The notes under the pieces are model-generated. The model did not search any database, had not been told where the DNA came from, and saw only the letters and a list, made by a program, of their open reading frames with translations. 64,000 nt of DNA from Alphaproteobacteria bacterium (lineage in GTDB: Bacteria; Pseudomonadota; Alphaproteobacteria; Micropepsales; Micropepsaceae), in contig JANXXU010000023.1 of NCBI GenBank assembly GCA_025350465.1, forward strand, positions 15,387 to 79,386, in the 5' to 3' direction. A program made the translations under genes and the position numbers. Positions 26,705 to 36,048 of the stretch are shown here, in pieces (positions within the stretch are counted from its first letter, which is position 1; every line of letters starts with the position of its first letter).

Positions 26705-28144
26705 ATGTTTGGTAAGCGTCCAGGGGGAGGTGCCGAGGTCGCCGCGCGGCCGAAAGCCGCCGCGCCGCCGATGCCTGCAGGGTCAAAGCCCGGTGCCGTG
26801 CCGCCGCCGGCGACGCGTGGTGCGCCGCCGCCTCAAGTCGCGCCGCCGATCGTGGTCGATTCGCGCTCCGAGCAGTATTACGAAATCAAGACGACGATCT
26901 TCAATGCGCTGATCGACACGATCGATCTGGCGCAATTGGCGCAACTCGACGCGGAATCGGCGCGCGAGGAAATTCGCGACATCGTCAACGAAATCATCGC
27001 GATCAAGAACGTCGTGATGTCGATTGCGGAGCAAGAGCAGCTCCTGCAAGACATCTGCAACGACGTCCTAGGCTACGGCCCGCTCGAGCCGCTGCTGGCG
27101 CGCGACGACATCGCCGACATCATGGTCAACGGCGCCGAGCGGGTCTTCATCGAGGTCGCCGGCAAAGTCCAGCTGACCAACATTCGCTTCCGCGACAACG
27201 CGCAGCTGATGAACATCTGCCAGCGCATCGTCAGCCAGATCGGCCGGCGTGTCGACGAATCTTCGCCAATATGCGACGCGCGCTTGCCCGACGGCAGCCG
27301 TGTCAACGTCATCGCCCCGCCTTTGTCGATCGACGGGCCCGCACTGACGATTCGTAAGTTCAAAAAAGACAAGCTGAAGATGGATGACTTGGTCCGCTTC
27401 GGCTCGATCTCGAAAGAGGGCGCTATGGTCCTCAACGTGATCGGCAACTCGCGCTGTAACGTCTTGATCTCGGGCGGCACCGGCTCGGGCAAAACGACAC
27501 TACTCAACACCATGACAGCCTTCATCGAAATCGATGAGCGCGTCATCACTTGCGAGGACGCCGCCGAGCTTCAGCTGCAACAGCCGCACGTCGTGCGTTT
27601 GGAAACGCGCCCGCCCAACCTTGAGGGCGCCGGCGAAATCACCATGCGCGACCTCGTCAAGAACTGTCTGCGCATGCGCCCCGAACGGATCATCGTCGGT
27701 GAGGTTCGCGGCCCTGAGGCGTTCGACTTGCTTCAGGCCATGAACACCGGCCACGACGGCTCGATGGGCACGCTTCACTCAAACAGTCCGCGCGAAGCTC
27801 TGCAGCGTTTGGAATCGATGATTACGATGGGCGGCTACAATCTGCCCTCCAAGACAATCCGCGAGATGATCGTCGGCGCGATCGACGTTGTGATCCAAGC
27901 CGCGCGCTTACGCGACGGTTCGCGCCGCATCACGCACATCACCGAAGTAATTGGCCTCGAAGGCGAAGTCGTCATCACGCAAGATCTCTTCCTTTACGAG
28001 ATTACGGGCGAGGACGAGACCGGCAAGGTCAAGGGTCGGCACATGTCGACCGGCATCGCGCGTCCCGCTTTTTGGGAGCGTGCGCGCTACTACGGCCGTG
28101 AGAAGGAACTTGCCGACGCACTCGAGGCGGCTGCCGACAAATAA
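26705..28144 (+). CDS. cpaF: CpaF/TadA secretion ATPase
   Basis: Walker [10 protein letters not shown], plus [23 protein letters not shown] and [11 protein letters not shown] boxes. Pro/Ala-rich N-terminal extension. Confidence 0.95.
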   Translation: MFGKRPGGGAEVAARPKAAAPPMPAGSKPGAVPPPATRGAPPPQVAPPIVVDSRSEQYYEIKTTIFNALIDTIDLAQLAQLDAESAREEIRDIVNEIIAIKNVVMSIAEQEQLLQDICNDVLGYGPLEPLLARDDIADIMVNGAERVFIEVAGKVQLTNIRFRDNAQLMNICQRIVSQIGRRVDESSPICDARLPDGSRVNVIAPPLSIDGPALTIRKFKKDKLKMDDLVRFGSISKEGAMVLNVIGNSRCNVLISGGTGSGKTTLLNTMTAFIEIDERVITCEDAAELQLQQPHVVRLETRPPNLEGAGEITMRDLVKNCLRMRPERIIVGEVRGPEAFDLLQAMNTGHDGSMGTLHSNSPREALQRLESMITMGGYNLPSKTIREMIVGAIDVVIQAARLRDGSRRITHITEVIGLEGEVVITQDLFLYEITGEDETGKVKGRHMSTGIARPAFWERARYYGREKELADALEAAADK

Positions 28145-28180
28145 GGGAGGTGAGGCGCGAGAGCGCCTCCAACGCCGCCA

Positions 28181-29182
28181 ATGTCTCAGACCATGATCAT
28201 TCTCGCGATCGCGCTGACCGCGGCTTTGGCCGTCGGCGGCGCCGCTTTTGCATTTTTCGGCGCCGGCGACGGTTTGGCAAAAACCTCGAAGCGCGTCGCG
28301 GCTGTATCGCGCGGCACGGGCGGACGCGGACCCACGAAGCCCGGCGCCGATGCCACCGTTGAGTCCACTGCAAAACGCCGTCGCCAAGTCCAGGAAACGC
28401 TGAAGGATATCGAGCGCAAGCAAGAACAACAGAAGACAAAGGCAACGCTCGCCAACATGCTCGATCAAGCGGATTGGAAGATCGAACAGCGCACCTTCTA
28501 CATCATGACGGTCGGCATCGGGCTCGCGATCGCCGTTTTGTTCTTTGTTCTCGGTTATGCCTGGTACACCGCGATCCTAGCGGGTTTTGCCGTTGGCTTC
28601 GGCTTTCCGCGCTGGTTCCTCGGCTTCACCATCAATCGTCGAAAGAAGGCGTTCACCAAGGAATTTGCCAACGCCATCGACGTCATCGTGCGCGGCGTCA
28701 AATCGGGTCTGCCGCTCAACGAGTGCTTGAAGATAATTTCGAACGAGACGCCCGAGCCGGTTGGCCCGGAATTTCGTCAGGTCGTCGAAGGCCAAAAAGT
28801 CGGCGTCCAGCTCGAGGACAGTCTGAAGAGAATGTACGAGCGCATGCCGATTCCGGAGGTAAATTTCTTCCAGATCGTCTTGACCATTCAACAGAAGACG
28901 GGCGGCAATTTGGCGGAGACTTTGACGAATTTGTCGAACGTGCTGCGCGATCGCAAGCGTCTGCACGGCAAGATCCGCGCGTTGTCGTCGGAAGCCAAGG
29001 CCTCGGCCATGATCATCGGCGCGCTGCCGGTCATCGTCATGCTGCTCGTCTATCTGACGACGCCGTCTTACATCGAGCTGTTGTTCACCGAGCGCATGGG
29101 CAACATCATGCTCGTCGCTTGTGGTTTTTGGATGTCGATCGGCATCTTGGTCATGAAGAAGATGATCAACTTCAAATACTGA
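28181..29182 (+). CDS. tadB: type II secretion system F family protein TadB
   Basis: T2SF-type domain (FANAIDVIVRGVKSGLPLNECL) and flanking TM helices, in the position after cpaF. Confidence 0.9.
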   Translation: MSQTMIILAIALTAALAVGGAAFAFFGAGDGLAKTSKRVAAVSRGTGGRGPTKPGADATVESTAKRRRQVQETLKDIERKQEQQKTKATLANMLDQADWKIEQRTFYIMTVGIGLAIAVLFFVLGYAWYTAILAGFAVGFGFPRWFLGFTINRRKKAFTKEFANAIDVIVRGVKSGLPLNECLKIISNETPEPVGPEFRQVVEGQKVGVQLEDSLKRMYERMPIPEVNFFQIVLTIQQKTGGNLAETLTNLSNVLRDRKRLHGKIRALSSEAKASAMIIGALPVIVMLLVYLTTPSYIELLFTERMGNIMLVACGFWMSIGILVMKKMINFKY

Positions 29183-29197
29183 GACCCGGTACCTGTC

Positions 29198-30160
29198 ATG
29201 ATGCATTATTTGAATTTGTTGTTCGATCGCCAATTCGTCGTCACGGCGCTGGCGGCGCTTGCGGCCTTTGGCACGATCTTGACGCTGGCATTTCCGTTGC
29301 TCGAAAGCGACAAGCTAGGCGCGCGCCTCAAGGCGGTAGCGACGCGTCGCGAAGAGCTGCGCCGCATTGCGCGCGAGGCGATGAACAAGAAGGGTCAGTT
29401 GCGCTCGACCCCCGTCGGCTTCATGAAGCAGACGGTCGAGAAGCTGAACCTGCGCAACATTCTGGAATCCCCCAATACGAAGGAAAAACTGTCGCGCGCC
29501 GGCTATCGTGGCCAGGCGGCGATCTACGCCTTCATGTTCTTCCGCTTCGTCATGCCGTTCGTCGTTTTCTTCGGCACGGTCGTCTATTTGTTCGCGCTCT
29601 CGCATTATTCGATTCCTCCGATCGGCAAGATCGGCATTGCCTTTGGTGCGGCATTCGCGGGCTTCTATCTCCCCGATCTTTATGTGCAGAACGTCATCGA
29701 CAAGCGCATGAGCTCGGTGATGAAAGCCTTTCCCGACGCCCTCGACCTTCTGCTGATCTGCGTGGAATCGGGCATGTCGGTCGAAGCCGGGTTCAACAAG
29801 GTCGCGAGCGAAGTCGGCTCCGCCTCCGTTGAGCTGGCGGAAGAGTTCGCGCTGACAACGGCCGAGCTGTCGTACCTACCCGACCGCCGCCAGGCCTACG
29901 AAAATCTCGGCAAGCGTTGTGCCCATTCGGGTGTGCGCGCGGTCACCACGTCGCTCATCCAAGCCGAGCGGTACGGCACGCCGCTTGGCACCGCCCTGCG
30001 CGTCATGGCGCAGGAAAATCGCGAGATGCGCATGGCCGAAGCCGAGAGAAAGGCCGCGTCGCTGCCGGCGAAGCTTACCGTGCCGATGATTCTATTCTTC
30101 CTGCCGTCGCTCTTTATCGTCATCCTTGGGCCGGCCGCCATCAAGTTGATGAACCTCTAG
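29198..30160 (+). CDS. tadC: type II secretion system F family protein TadC
   Basis: T2SF-type domain (FPDALDLLLICVESGMSVEAGF), TM helices, and position after tadB. Confidence 0.9.
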   Translation: MMHYLNLLFDRQFVVTALAALAAFGTILTLAFPLLESDKLGARLKAVATRREELRRIAREAMNKKGQLRSTPVGFMKQTVEKLNLRNILESPNTKEKLSRAGYRGQAAIYAFMFFRFVMPFVVFFGTVVYLFALSHYSIPPIGKIGIAFGAAFAGFYLPDLYVQNVIDKRMSSVMKAFPDALDLLLICVESGMSVEAGFNKVASEVGSASVELAEEFALTTAELSYLPDRRQAYENLGKRCAHSGVRAVTTSLIQAERYGTPLGTALRVMAQENREMRMAEAERKAASLPAKLTVPMILFFLPSLFIVILGPAAIKLMNL

Positions 30161-30570
30161 GCTAGTTGATCAACGGCCACCAAGAACGCGCGTCGAACAG
30201 TTGTTGCTCGCGTCGAATAGGGGAATTCAGCGGCAGCGATACGATGCCTTGAACCACGCGACGACCGCCGGCACGACCTTGCTTTCGAGATGAGCACGTG
30301 CGACGGCGCTCTGTGCGGCCGCAACAGCGCATGAGCGAACAAAAGCCGCTCGTGCTGGATGTTCGGATTGGGCGGCAAGAACTGCGCTTGGAAGAAGGCG
30401 CCGCCAGCGCCACAGGTAAGATATGTGTCGAGTTCGATTCCGCCAGCGCGCAAAGCCGGTACAAGAAAAGCAGTTTTGAGCGGGTAGCTCATGCCCTTTG
30501 GCAGTTTGTTGTTCTTGATATGCATGCACAGGTCCGCGGCCGGCATCGCCTCAAGGAAGCGCTCGACCAC
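30157..30570 (-). other. doubtful ORF / possible decayed gene
   Basis: GTG-initiated 137-codon ORF. The first ~90 codons look protein-like (VVERFLEAMPAADLCMHIKNNKLPKGMSYPLKTAFLVPALRAGGIELD...). The tail becomes Arg/Ser-rich, while another frame (…AQSAVARAHLESKVVPAVVAWFKA) looks more coding-like. No family recognised. Confidence 0.2.
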
Positions 30571-30600
30571 ACCATTTTAGTCCATTCGTCACGCCAAAGA

Positions 30601-30634
30601 AAAACGCCGCGCTCGTCGAGCGCGGCGTTTTCTT
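30601..30634. terminator. bidirectional hairpin terminator
   Basis: AAAACGCCGCGCTCG-t-CGAGCGCGGCGTTTTCTT, about 20 nt downstream of the TPR gene stop (30653, minus strand). Confidence 0.65.
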
Positions 30635-30652
30635 GTTCGAAACCGCAGTGTC

Positions 30653-31990
30653 TTACGGCGCCGCGTTGGCGACGTTGACCTGATGCTTCGGACGGAAGGG
30701 ATCCGTCGGCTGCGAGCTGCGCAGGCTCGTCTGCGAGCCATCCGGCTGGGGCGAGGTGGACGTCGGCTGAGCTGTCGCCGCCGGACCCGTCGTCGATGAA
30801 GTGGCGGGCGTTTCCGGAGTCGTGTCTGCCGCGGGTGTCGTCACCGCGGGCGTCGCCGCCACGGGGGTTGTCACCGCGGAGGTCGTCGCCGGCGTCGCGC
30901 TGGTCGAGGCTGTTGCAGCCGGCTTCACGCTGGTTGGCTTCGCGCCCGCGGGCCTGGTGGGCGCCGCATCGTCGTCGGCGATCGGTGCCATCGTCACGAT
31001 TTGGCGAGCGGCCGGCTTAGGCTTCACTTGCGCGCCCGGCGGCGTTGCTTCGTCGCTTGCCTCAGTTTTCGGTGGCGCGGCGGCATCGGTTTCGGCGCTC
31101 GGCGGCGCAAGAGCGGTCGCGGCTGGCTTCGGCGCTGCTGGGACAGGCGCCAGCACCGGAGCTTCGCTCGGCGGCACGGACAGCGGCTGCACATCGACCG
31201 TCGCGTTGGAGGCTGAGAGCTGATTGAGCACGGAGATATTATTGTCCGCGTCCGATTTCGGCAGGTCGCCGCGAACGAGTTGCTCGGCCTCGACCTTGTT
31301 GCCACGGATCGACTCGACCATCGCCAAATTCTGGCGCATCTGCGGCGTCGCGTCTGGACGCGCGACCAATTGGCGCAAGATCGGCTCTGCTTGCGCGACC
31401 CTTCCTTCAAGAAGGTAAGAGAGCGCCAGATTGGACTGAATGGCAGGGTTGCCCGGCGAAAGCTTCAAGGCCGCCTCATAGTTATCGCGGGCGGGTCCGT
31501 GGCTGCCGATTTGGTCTAACGCGACGCCATAGGCTGAGAGCGTCGACCAGTCGTTGCCGTTGATCTGCGAGGCGCGGGCGAGGAACGGCACTGCGTCGGG
31601 CGCCCGGCCCGCGGCGGTCAACGCCTTGCCATATTCGGCGAGCACGCGCGTGTCGTCGGGATGGCTCATCACCACGTCCTTCATGACCGTGACCGCTTGC
31701 CGGGCCCCACCCATCAGGCGCAAGTTGTGGGCGAAGGCGAGCGCGGCGTTCATGTCGTTGTGGTTTGCTTCGAATTTCGCGCCCCAATAGGCGGCGCCCC
31801 CGATGAAATCACGGTCATCGGGTTGGATCAGCTCCTGCGGCGAACCTGCCATTTGGCTGTCCGGCGCGGCGTCGCTGCTGCTTATGAGCGACGAAAATCC
31901 GCCGCAGCCCGTCAACAATGTTGCCGTGGCCGCAGCAATGGCGAGCTTGCTCGCCGAACGAAGGAGATCGCGGCTCGATGCACGGGCCAT
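30653..31990 (-). CDS. TPR-repeat lipoprotein (TadD-like) with long Pro/Ala/Thr-rich C-terminal tail
   Basis: Lipobox LLTGCGG. TPR-like repeats (AEYGKALTAAGRAPDAVPFLARA..., NYEAALKLSPGNPAIQSNLALSYLLEGR...). Adjacent to and convergent with tadC. Track ORF trimmed to ATG 31990 (MARASSRDLL). Confidence 0.75.
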   Translation of the reverse strand: MARASSRDLLRSASKLAIAAATATLLTGCGGFSSLISSSDAAPDSQMAGSPQELIQPDDRDFIGGAAYWGAKFEANHNDMNAALAFAHNLRLMGGARQAVTVMKDVVMSHPDDTRVLAEYGKALTAAGRAPDAVPFLARASQINGNDWSTLSAYGVALDQIGSHGPARDNYEAALKLSPGNPAIQSNLALSYLLEGRVAQAEPILRQLVARPDATPQMRQNLAMVESIRGNKVEAEQLVRGDLPKSDADNNISVLNQLSASNATVDVQPLSVPPSEAPVLAPVPAAPKPAATALAPPSAETDAAAPPKTEASDEATPPGAQVKPKPAARQIVTMAPIADDDAAPTRPAGAKPTSVKPAATASTSATPATTSAVTTPVAATPAVTTPAADTTPETPATSSTTGPAATAQPTSTSPQPDGSQTSLRSSQPTDPFRPKHQVNVANAAP

Positions 31991-32175
31991 GGGTCTAAGT
32001 CCTCGCAATGTGAGCGAGCGCACAGCCGCGATGGGATGTGGCCCGCAGGGTTTCATGCGACCCAATTTCGCCGCAAAGCGGATAACAAATACTTAAGCCT
32101 AATCGCGGGTTAAGAGCGCTTTCGCCGATGTCGAGCGAAGCGTATAAGTCCCGCCGAAAGCGGGGGGTCGCCGAA

Positions 32176-33207
32176 ATGCCGCGTCGTCGCAGACCCATTG
32201 CAGCGCTTCTCGGATTCCTTGCGTGCGCGCTTGCCGTGTTGGGCGCCGGCGCGCAGACGCCGCCCGAAGTCGCGCGCATTTCGTTTCAAATAGCCACCGG
32301 CCCTGTTGCCGGCAGCTATTTTCCGGTCGGCGAAGCATTGGCGCGCATTATTTCGTACCCGCCGGGCTTCGGCCGCTGTGAGGACGATGTCAATGTCTGC
32401 GGCCCTGTGGGTCTCATCGCCTCGGCGCGAGCGTCGGAAGGGCCGATGGCCAATATCGCGGCCATGCGCAGTGGTCGCGTAACATCGGCGCTCATTCAAG
32501 GGGACCTCGCGAGCTTGGCCTATCAAGGCGCCGGGCCATTCCAGTCGTCGGGCGCCTTCAAGGACCTTCGCGTCCTCGCCAAATTGCAGAGCGAAACCGT
32601 TCATCTCGTCGTTGCGACGCACGCACGCGTAAAGCGTTTGTCGGACCTGAAAGGCAAGCGCATTGGCATCGACGCGCCGTCGTCGGCGACGAATGCCACA
32701 GCGCGATTGATCCTGGCGGCCGCGAAACTGAACGTCGCGAAGCTGAAGCTCTCGTTCCAATCTCCGGACCAAGCGGCGGCCGATCTGAAGAGCGGCAAAC
32801 TTGATGCGTTATTTGTGATCGGGACGGCACCCTTACGCGTCGTCGATGATTTGCTGCGGCGTGGCTCGGCGCGCCTCGTCGCCATCGACGGCAACGCGAT
32901 AACTGCCTGGCTGAAAAGGCAACCTTCGTTGATGTCGACCAATCTGCCCGAGGGCGCTTATCATGGGTCGAAGGCGACGCGCACGCTCGCCGTTGTGGCC
33001 CTTTGGATCACCACCGCGCGTCTGCCCGATGACGTCGCCTATAGCTTGACCCGGGCCCTCTGGAATCCAGCCAACCGTAGCGAGCTCGATGGCTTAGGGC
33101 CCGTCGCCGCGTCGATCCACCGCGACGGGTCGCTTGAGTCTTCGCCAATTCCGCAGCACGTTGGCGCTGCCAAGTTTTATCAGGACGCCGGCCGGCTGCA
33201 GAACTGA
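32176..33207 (+). CDS. TAXI family TRAP transporter solute-binding protein (orphan)
   Basis: Signal peptide, then ISFQIATGPVAGSYFPVGEALARIIS and ...LESSPIPQHVGAAKFYQDAG, which fit the TAXI pattern. Start is ATG 32176 (after a G-rich RBS) or 32128. Confidence 0.75.
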   Translation: MPRRRRPIAALLGFLACALAVLGAGAQTPPEVARISFQIATGPVAGSYFPVGEALARIISYPPGFGRCEDDVNVCGPVGLIASARASEGPMANIAAMRSGRVTSALIQGDLASLAYQGAGPFQSSGAFKDLRVLAKLQSETVHLVVATHARVKRLSDLKGKRIGIDAPSSATNATARLILAAAKLNVAKLKLSFQSPDQAAADLKSGKLDALFVIGTAPLRVVDDLLRRGSARLVAIDGNAITAWLKRQPSLMSTNLPEGAYHGSKATRTLAVVALWITTARLPDDVAYSLTRALWNPANRSELDGLGPVAASIHRDGSLESSPIPQHVGAAKFYQDAGRLQN

Positions 33208-33243
33208 CGTCTGCCGTTCTCACTTCCTGAAAGAGCGCGAGAA

Positions 33244-33861
33244 ATGCCGAGCACGCGATCATCGCAACCGGTGTCGGCCTATCTCATGCTCCTGATATTG
33301 GGCTTCTTGCCCTTGATTCTCGTCGCGCTCTTCTATGACGACCTGCCGCATCGTTTTGTCGTGCAGTGGAACGCCGGCGGTCTGTCGATCACCGGCACGA
33401 GAGCGAAATCGGCGATAACGATTGCGATTACCTGTGCGGCGATTGCTTTGTTCGCCGTCGTCATCGCCGCTATTCAGAATGACGCATTCAGAGCCTCGGG
33501 TATTCGCCGGCTTTTTCTTGCACTGAACTTCGCCCAAGTCGTCACGATCGGACTGACCTGCCTGATGTTGGTTGGCGAAGCAGTCGGCTTTCCGCTTAGG
33601 ACGCGCGATATCGTTCCACCTAGCGCCGGACTTTTGCTGGCGATCGCGAGTTTGCTGTGTCTGCGGCTATCTGCAGGCGCGTCGGCGCGCGCCGCGCGCA
33701 TTGTCTTTGGTGCCGCGGGGTGGATTTTTCTCGCCCTCGCGATTGCGATCGTGGCGCTCACGATCGTCTTCATCGGTACGCCGCTGAGTTGGGTCGGGAT
33801 CGGCGTGGCCCTACTGGCCGGCTTGGTGCTCGCTATTCCCGAGCCGTCGTCCGAGGGCTAG
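33244..33861 (+). CDS. DUF1648-like integral membrane protein
   Basis: The first TM helix is followed by DDLPHRFVVQWNAGGLSITGTRAKS, resembling the DUF1648/SdpI N-terminal motif. Four to five more TM helices follow. Confidence 0.55.
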   Translation: MPSTRSSQPVSAYLMLLILGFLPLILVALFYDDLPHRFVVQWNAGGLSITGTRAKSAITIAITCAAIALFAVVIAAIQNDAFRASGIRRLFLALNFAQVVTIGLTCLMLVGEAVGFPLRTRDIVPPSAGLLLAIASLLCLRLSAGASARAARIVFGAAGWIFLALAIAIVALTIVFIGTPLSWVGIGVALLAGLVLAIPEPSSEG

Positions 33862-34526
33862 GCGCTCTTCTTGCGTAATTCTTCTTCATGCGCGGCGCCT
33901 TGCGTCCACTCTTTCATTGCCGCCCAGCTTGTCACCGCCTCGACATAGCTGCGCGCCGTAGCGTCGAGCGGGATGCCGTAAGTGACGAAGCGCGTGACGA
34001 CCGGTGCGTAAAAACAGTCGGCAACACTGAACGAGCCGAACAGAAAATCGCCGTCTTGACCGTATACCTGCCGGCATTCGCGCCACAGATGCTGAATGCG
34101 CTCCACGTTGCGCTTGGTCTCGTCGTTGAGCGCGTGGTTGGCCGGGCGCGCCATGATGTCCATCGGACAGGTGCGGCGCAATTCGGCGAAGCCCGAGTGC
34201 ATTTCCGCCGACACGCTGCGCGCCCGCGCACGCGCGAACCGGTCCTCTGGCCAGAGATGCGCGTTCGGATGAGCCTCAGCCAGGAACTCGCCGATTGCGA
34301 GCGAATCCCAAACCATGAAAGGAAGTTGGCCGGCGCGCGTGACGTTCAAAGCCGGCACCAAACCGGATGGCGAAGCTTGCGCGATCTGCGCCCGTTCCGG
34401 AGTGTGGAAGTTGAAGAGTTTGGTTTCGAACGGCGCGCCGGTCAGTTTCATTGCCAACCAGCCGCGCAAACTCCACGATGAAAAATTACGGCTTCCGATC
34501 AAAAGACTGTAGGTCGCGCTTGCCAT
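33858..34526 (-). CDS. glutathione S-transferase family protein
   Basis: GST N-domain pattern (SLLIGSRNFSSWSLRGWLAMKLTGAPFE...SPSGLVPAL...WDSLAIGEFL) and a helical C-domain. Confidence 0.85.
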   Translation of the reverse strand: MASATYSLLIGSRNFSSWSLRGWLAMKLTGAPFETKLFNFHTPERAQIAQASPSGLVPALNVTRAGQLPFMVWDSLAIGEFLAEAHPNAHLWPEDRFARARARSVSAEMHSGFAELRRTCPMDIMARPANHALNDETKRNVERIQHLWRECRQVYGQDGDFLFGSFSVADCFYAPVVTRFVTYGIPLDATARSYVEAVTSWAAMKEWTQGAAHEEELRKKSA

Positions 34527-34616
34527 GGGACTCTGCCGTTGCCGTTGCCGAAGGCAGGCGAGTAAAGTGGCCCACCTCTCCCTCCGTCAAGTCGGCATGC
34601 GCTGGAGTCTCGAGTT

Positions 34617-36005
34617 ATGAGCGTCAAGGATCTCTTCGTTGAAGGCTCGGCACCGGACGCAATTCCGCTTTTCGCCGTCTCTCACGCCACGTTCGACGCA
34701 GCCCTTCGCGGCGCGCTCGAACGTTGGTCGTCGTGGATCAGGGCTGCCGGATTCAATGCGGGCGCCGGCAAGATATTGCTGCTTCCCGGTAGCGATGGTG
34801 GCCTCGGCGGCGCGCTGCTCGGACTAGGCGCGGGCGATGATGCGCTCGCGACGGCGACGTTTTCCGCCGCACTCCCCGTCGGTACCTATCGTTTCGATTT
34901 CGCGCCGCCCGACCACACGGCCGACCGCCGCGCGCTGGCATGGGCGATGGGGGCTTATGCGTTTCGCCGTTATCAAGGCGACGACAAGCCGAAGCCGCAG
35001 GCGCGCTTGGTTTGGCCTGACGGCGTCGACAGGCAGCAAGTTTTGCGCGCCGCTGAAGGTCTCTATCTCGCGCGCGACTTGGTCAACACGCCATCGAATG
35101 ACATGGGGCCGTTGGAGCTTGAAAAGGCGGCTGCCGAAATTGCGAGCGTCCATGGCGCGTCGATCGAGGTCATCGAAGGCGAAGATCTAATCGCCCGGAA
35201 TTATCCATTGATCTATGCCGTCGGCCGCGCCTCGTCTCGCGCCCCGCGTCTCATCGATTTCGCTTGGGGTGACGCGTCCCATCCGCGCGTCACGCTGGTG
35301 GGCAAGGGCGTGTGTTTCGACTCGGGCGGGTTGGACATCAAGCCCGCGAGCGGCATGGCGATGATGAAAAAGGACATGGGTGGTGCTGCGGCCGTGCTGG
35401 GCTTGGCGCACATGATCATGGACGCGAAGCTTCCCGTTGCCTTACGCGTTTTGATTCCGGCGGTGGAGAACAGCATCTCGGGCGATGCTTATCGCCCCGG
35501 CGATGTGATCAGGAGTCGCAAGGGCTTGACGGTCGAGATCGGCAACACGGACGCCGAGGGCCGCTTGGTACTCGCCGACGCCTTGACGGAAGCCGATGCA
35601 CAATCGCCCGAGTTGTTGGTCTGCATGGCGACTTTGACGGGTGCCGCGCGAGTGGCGACAGGCTTCGATTTGCCGCCCTTCTTTACCAACGACGATGCCC
35701 TGGCATTGGAAATTATGCGCCACGCCACTGCCGAATCCGACCCGGCCTGGCGATTGCCGCTATGGCCCGGCTATCGCTCGCTCATCGACGGCAAAGTCGC
35801 CGATCTGACGAACAATCCCGACAGCCCCAATGCCGGCGCGATCACCGCCGCCCTGTTCTTGGAGCGCTTCGTGGAGAACGCGAAGAGCTTCGTGCATTTC
35901 GATATCGCCGCATGGATCGACCGCGCGAAACCTGGACGCCCGCTCGGGGGCGAGGCGCAGGGCATTCGCGCGCTCTTTGCCTTGCTCAAGGCGCGATACC
36001 TCTAG
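34617..36005 (+). CDS. M17 leucyl aminopeptidase family protein
   Basis: VGKGVCFDSGGLDIKP, MKKDMGGAAAV and NTDAEGRLVLADAL catalytic motifs. Confidence 0.9.
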   Translation: MSVKDLFVEGSAPDAIPLFAVSHATFDAALRGALERWSSWIRAAGFNAGAGKILLLPGSDGGLGGALLGLGAGDDALATATFSAALPVGTYRFDFAPPDHTADRRALAWAMGAYAFRRYQGDDKPKPQARLVWPDGVDRQQVLRAAEGLYLARDLVNTPSNDMGPLELEKAAAEIASVHGASIEVIEGEDLIARNYPLIYAVGRASSRAPRLIDFAWGDASHPRVTLVGKGVCFDSGGLDIKPASGMAMMKKDMGGAAAVLGLAHMIMDAKLPVALRVLIPAVENSISGDAYRPGDVIRSRKGLTVEIGNTDAEGRLVLADALTEADAQSPELLVCMATLTGAARVATGFDLPPFFTNDDALALEIMRHATAESDPAWRLPLWPGYRSLIDGKVADLTNNPDSPNAGAITAALFLERFVENAKSFVHFDIAAWIDRAKPGRPLGGEAQGIRALFALLKARYL

Positions 36006-36048
36006 CCGTCGTTCGATCCGCTGAAACGAGACCGCCTGCGAACAACGC

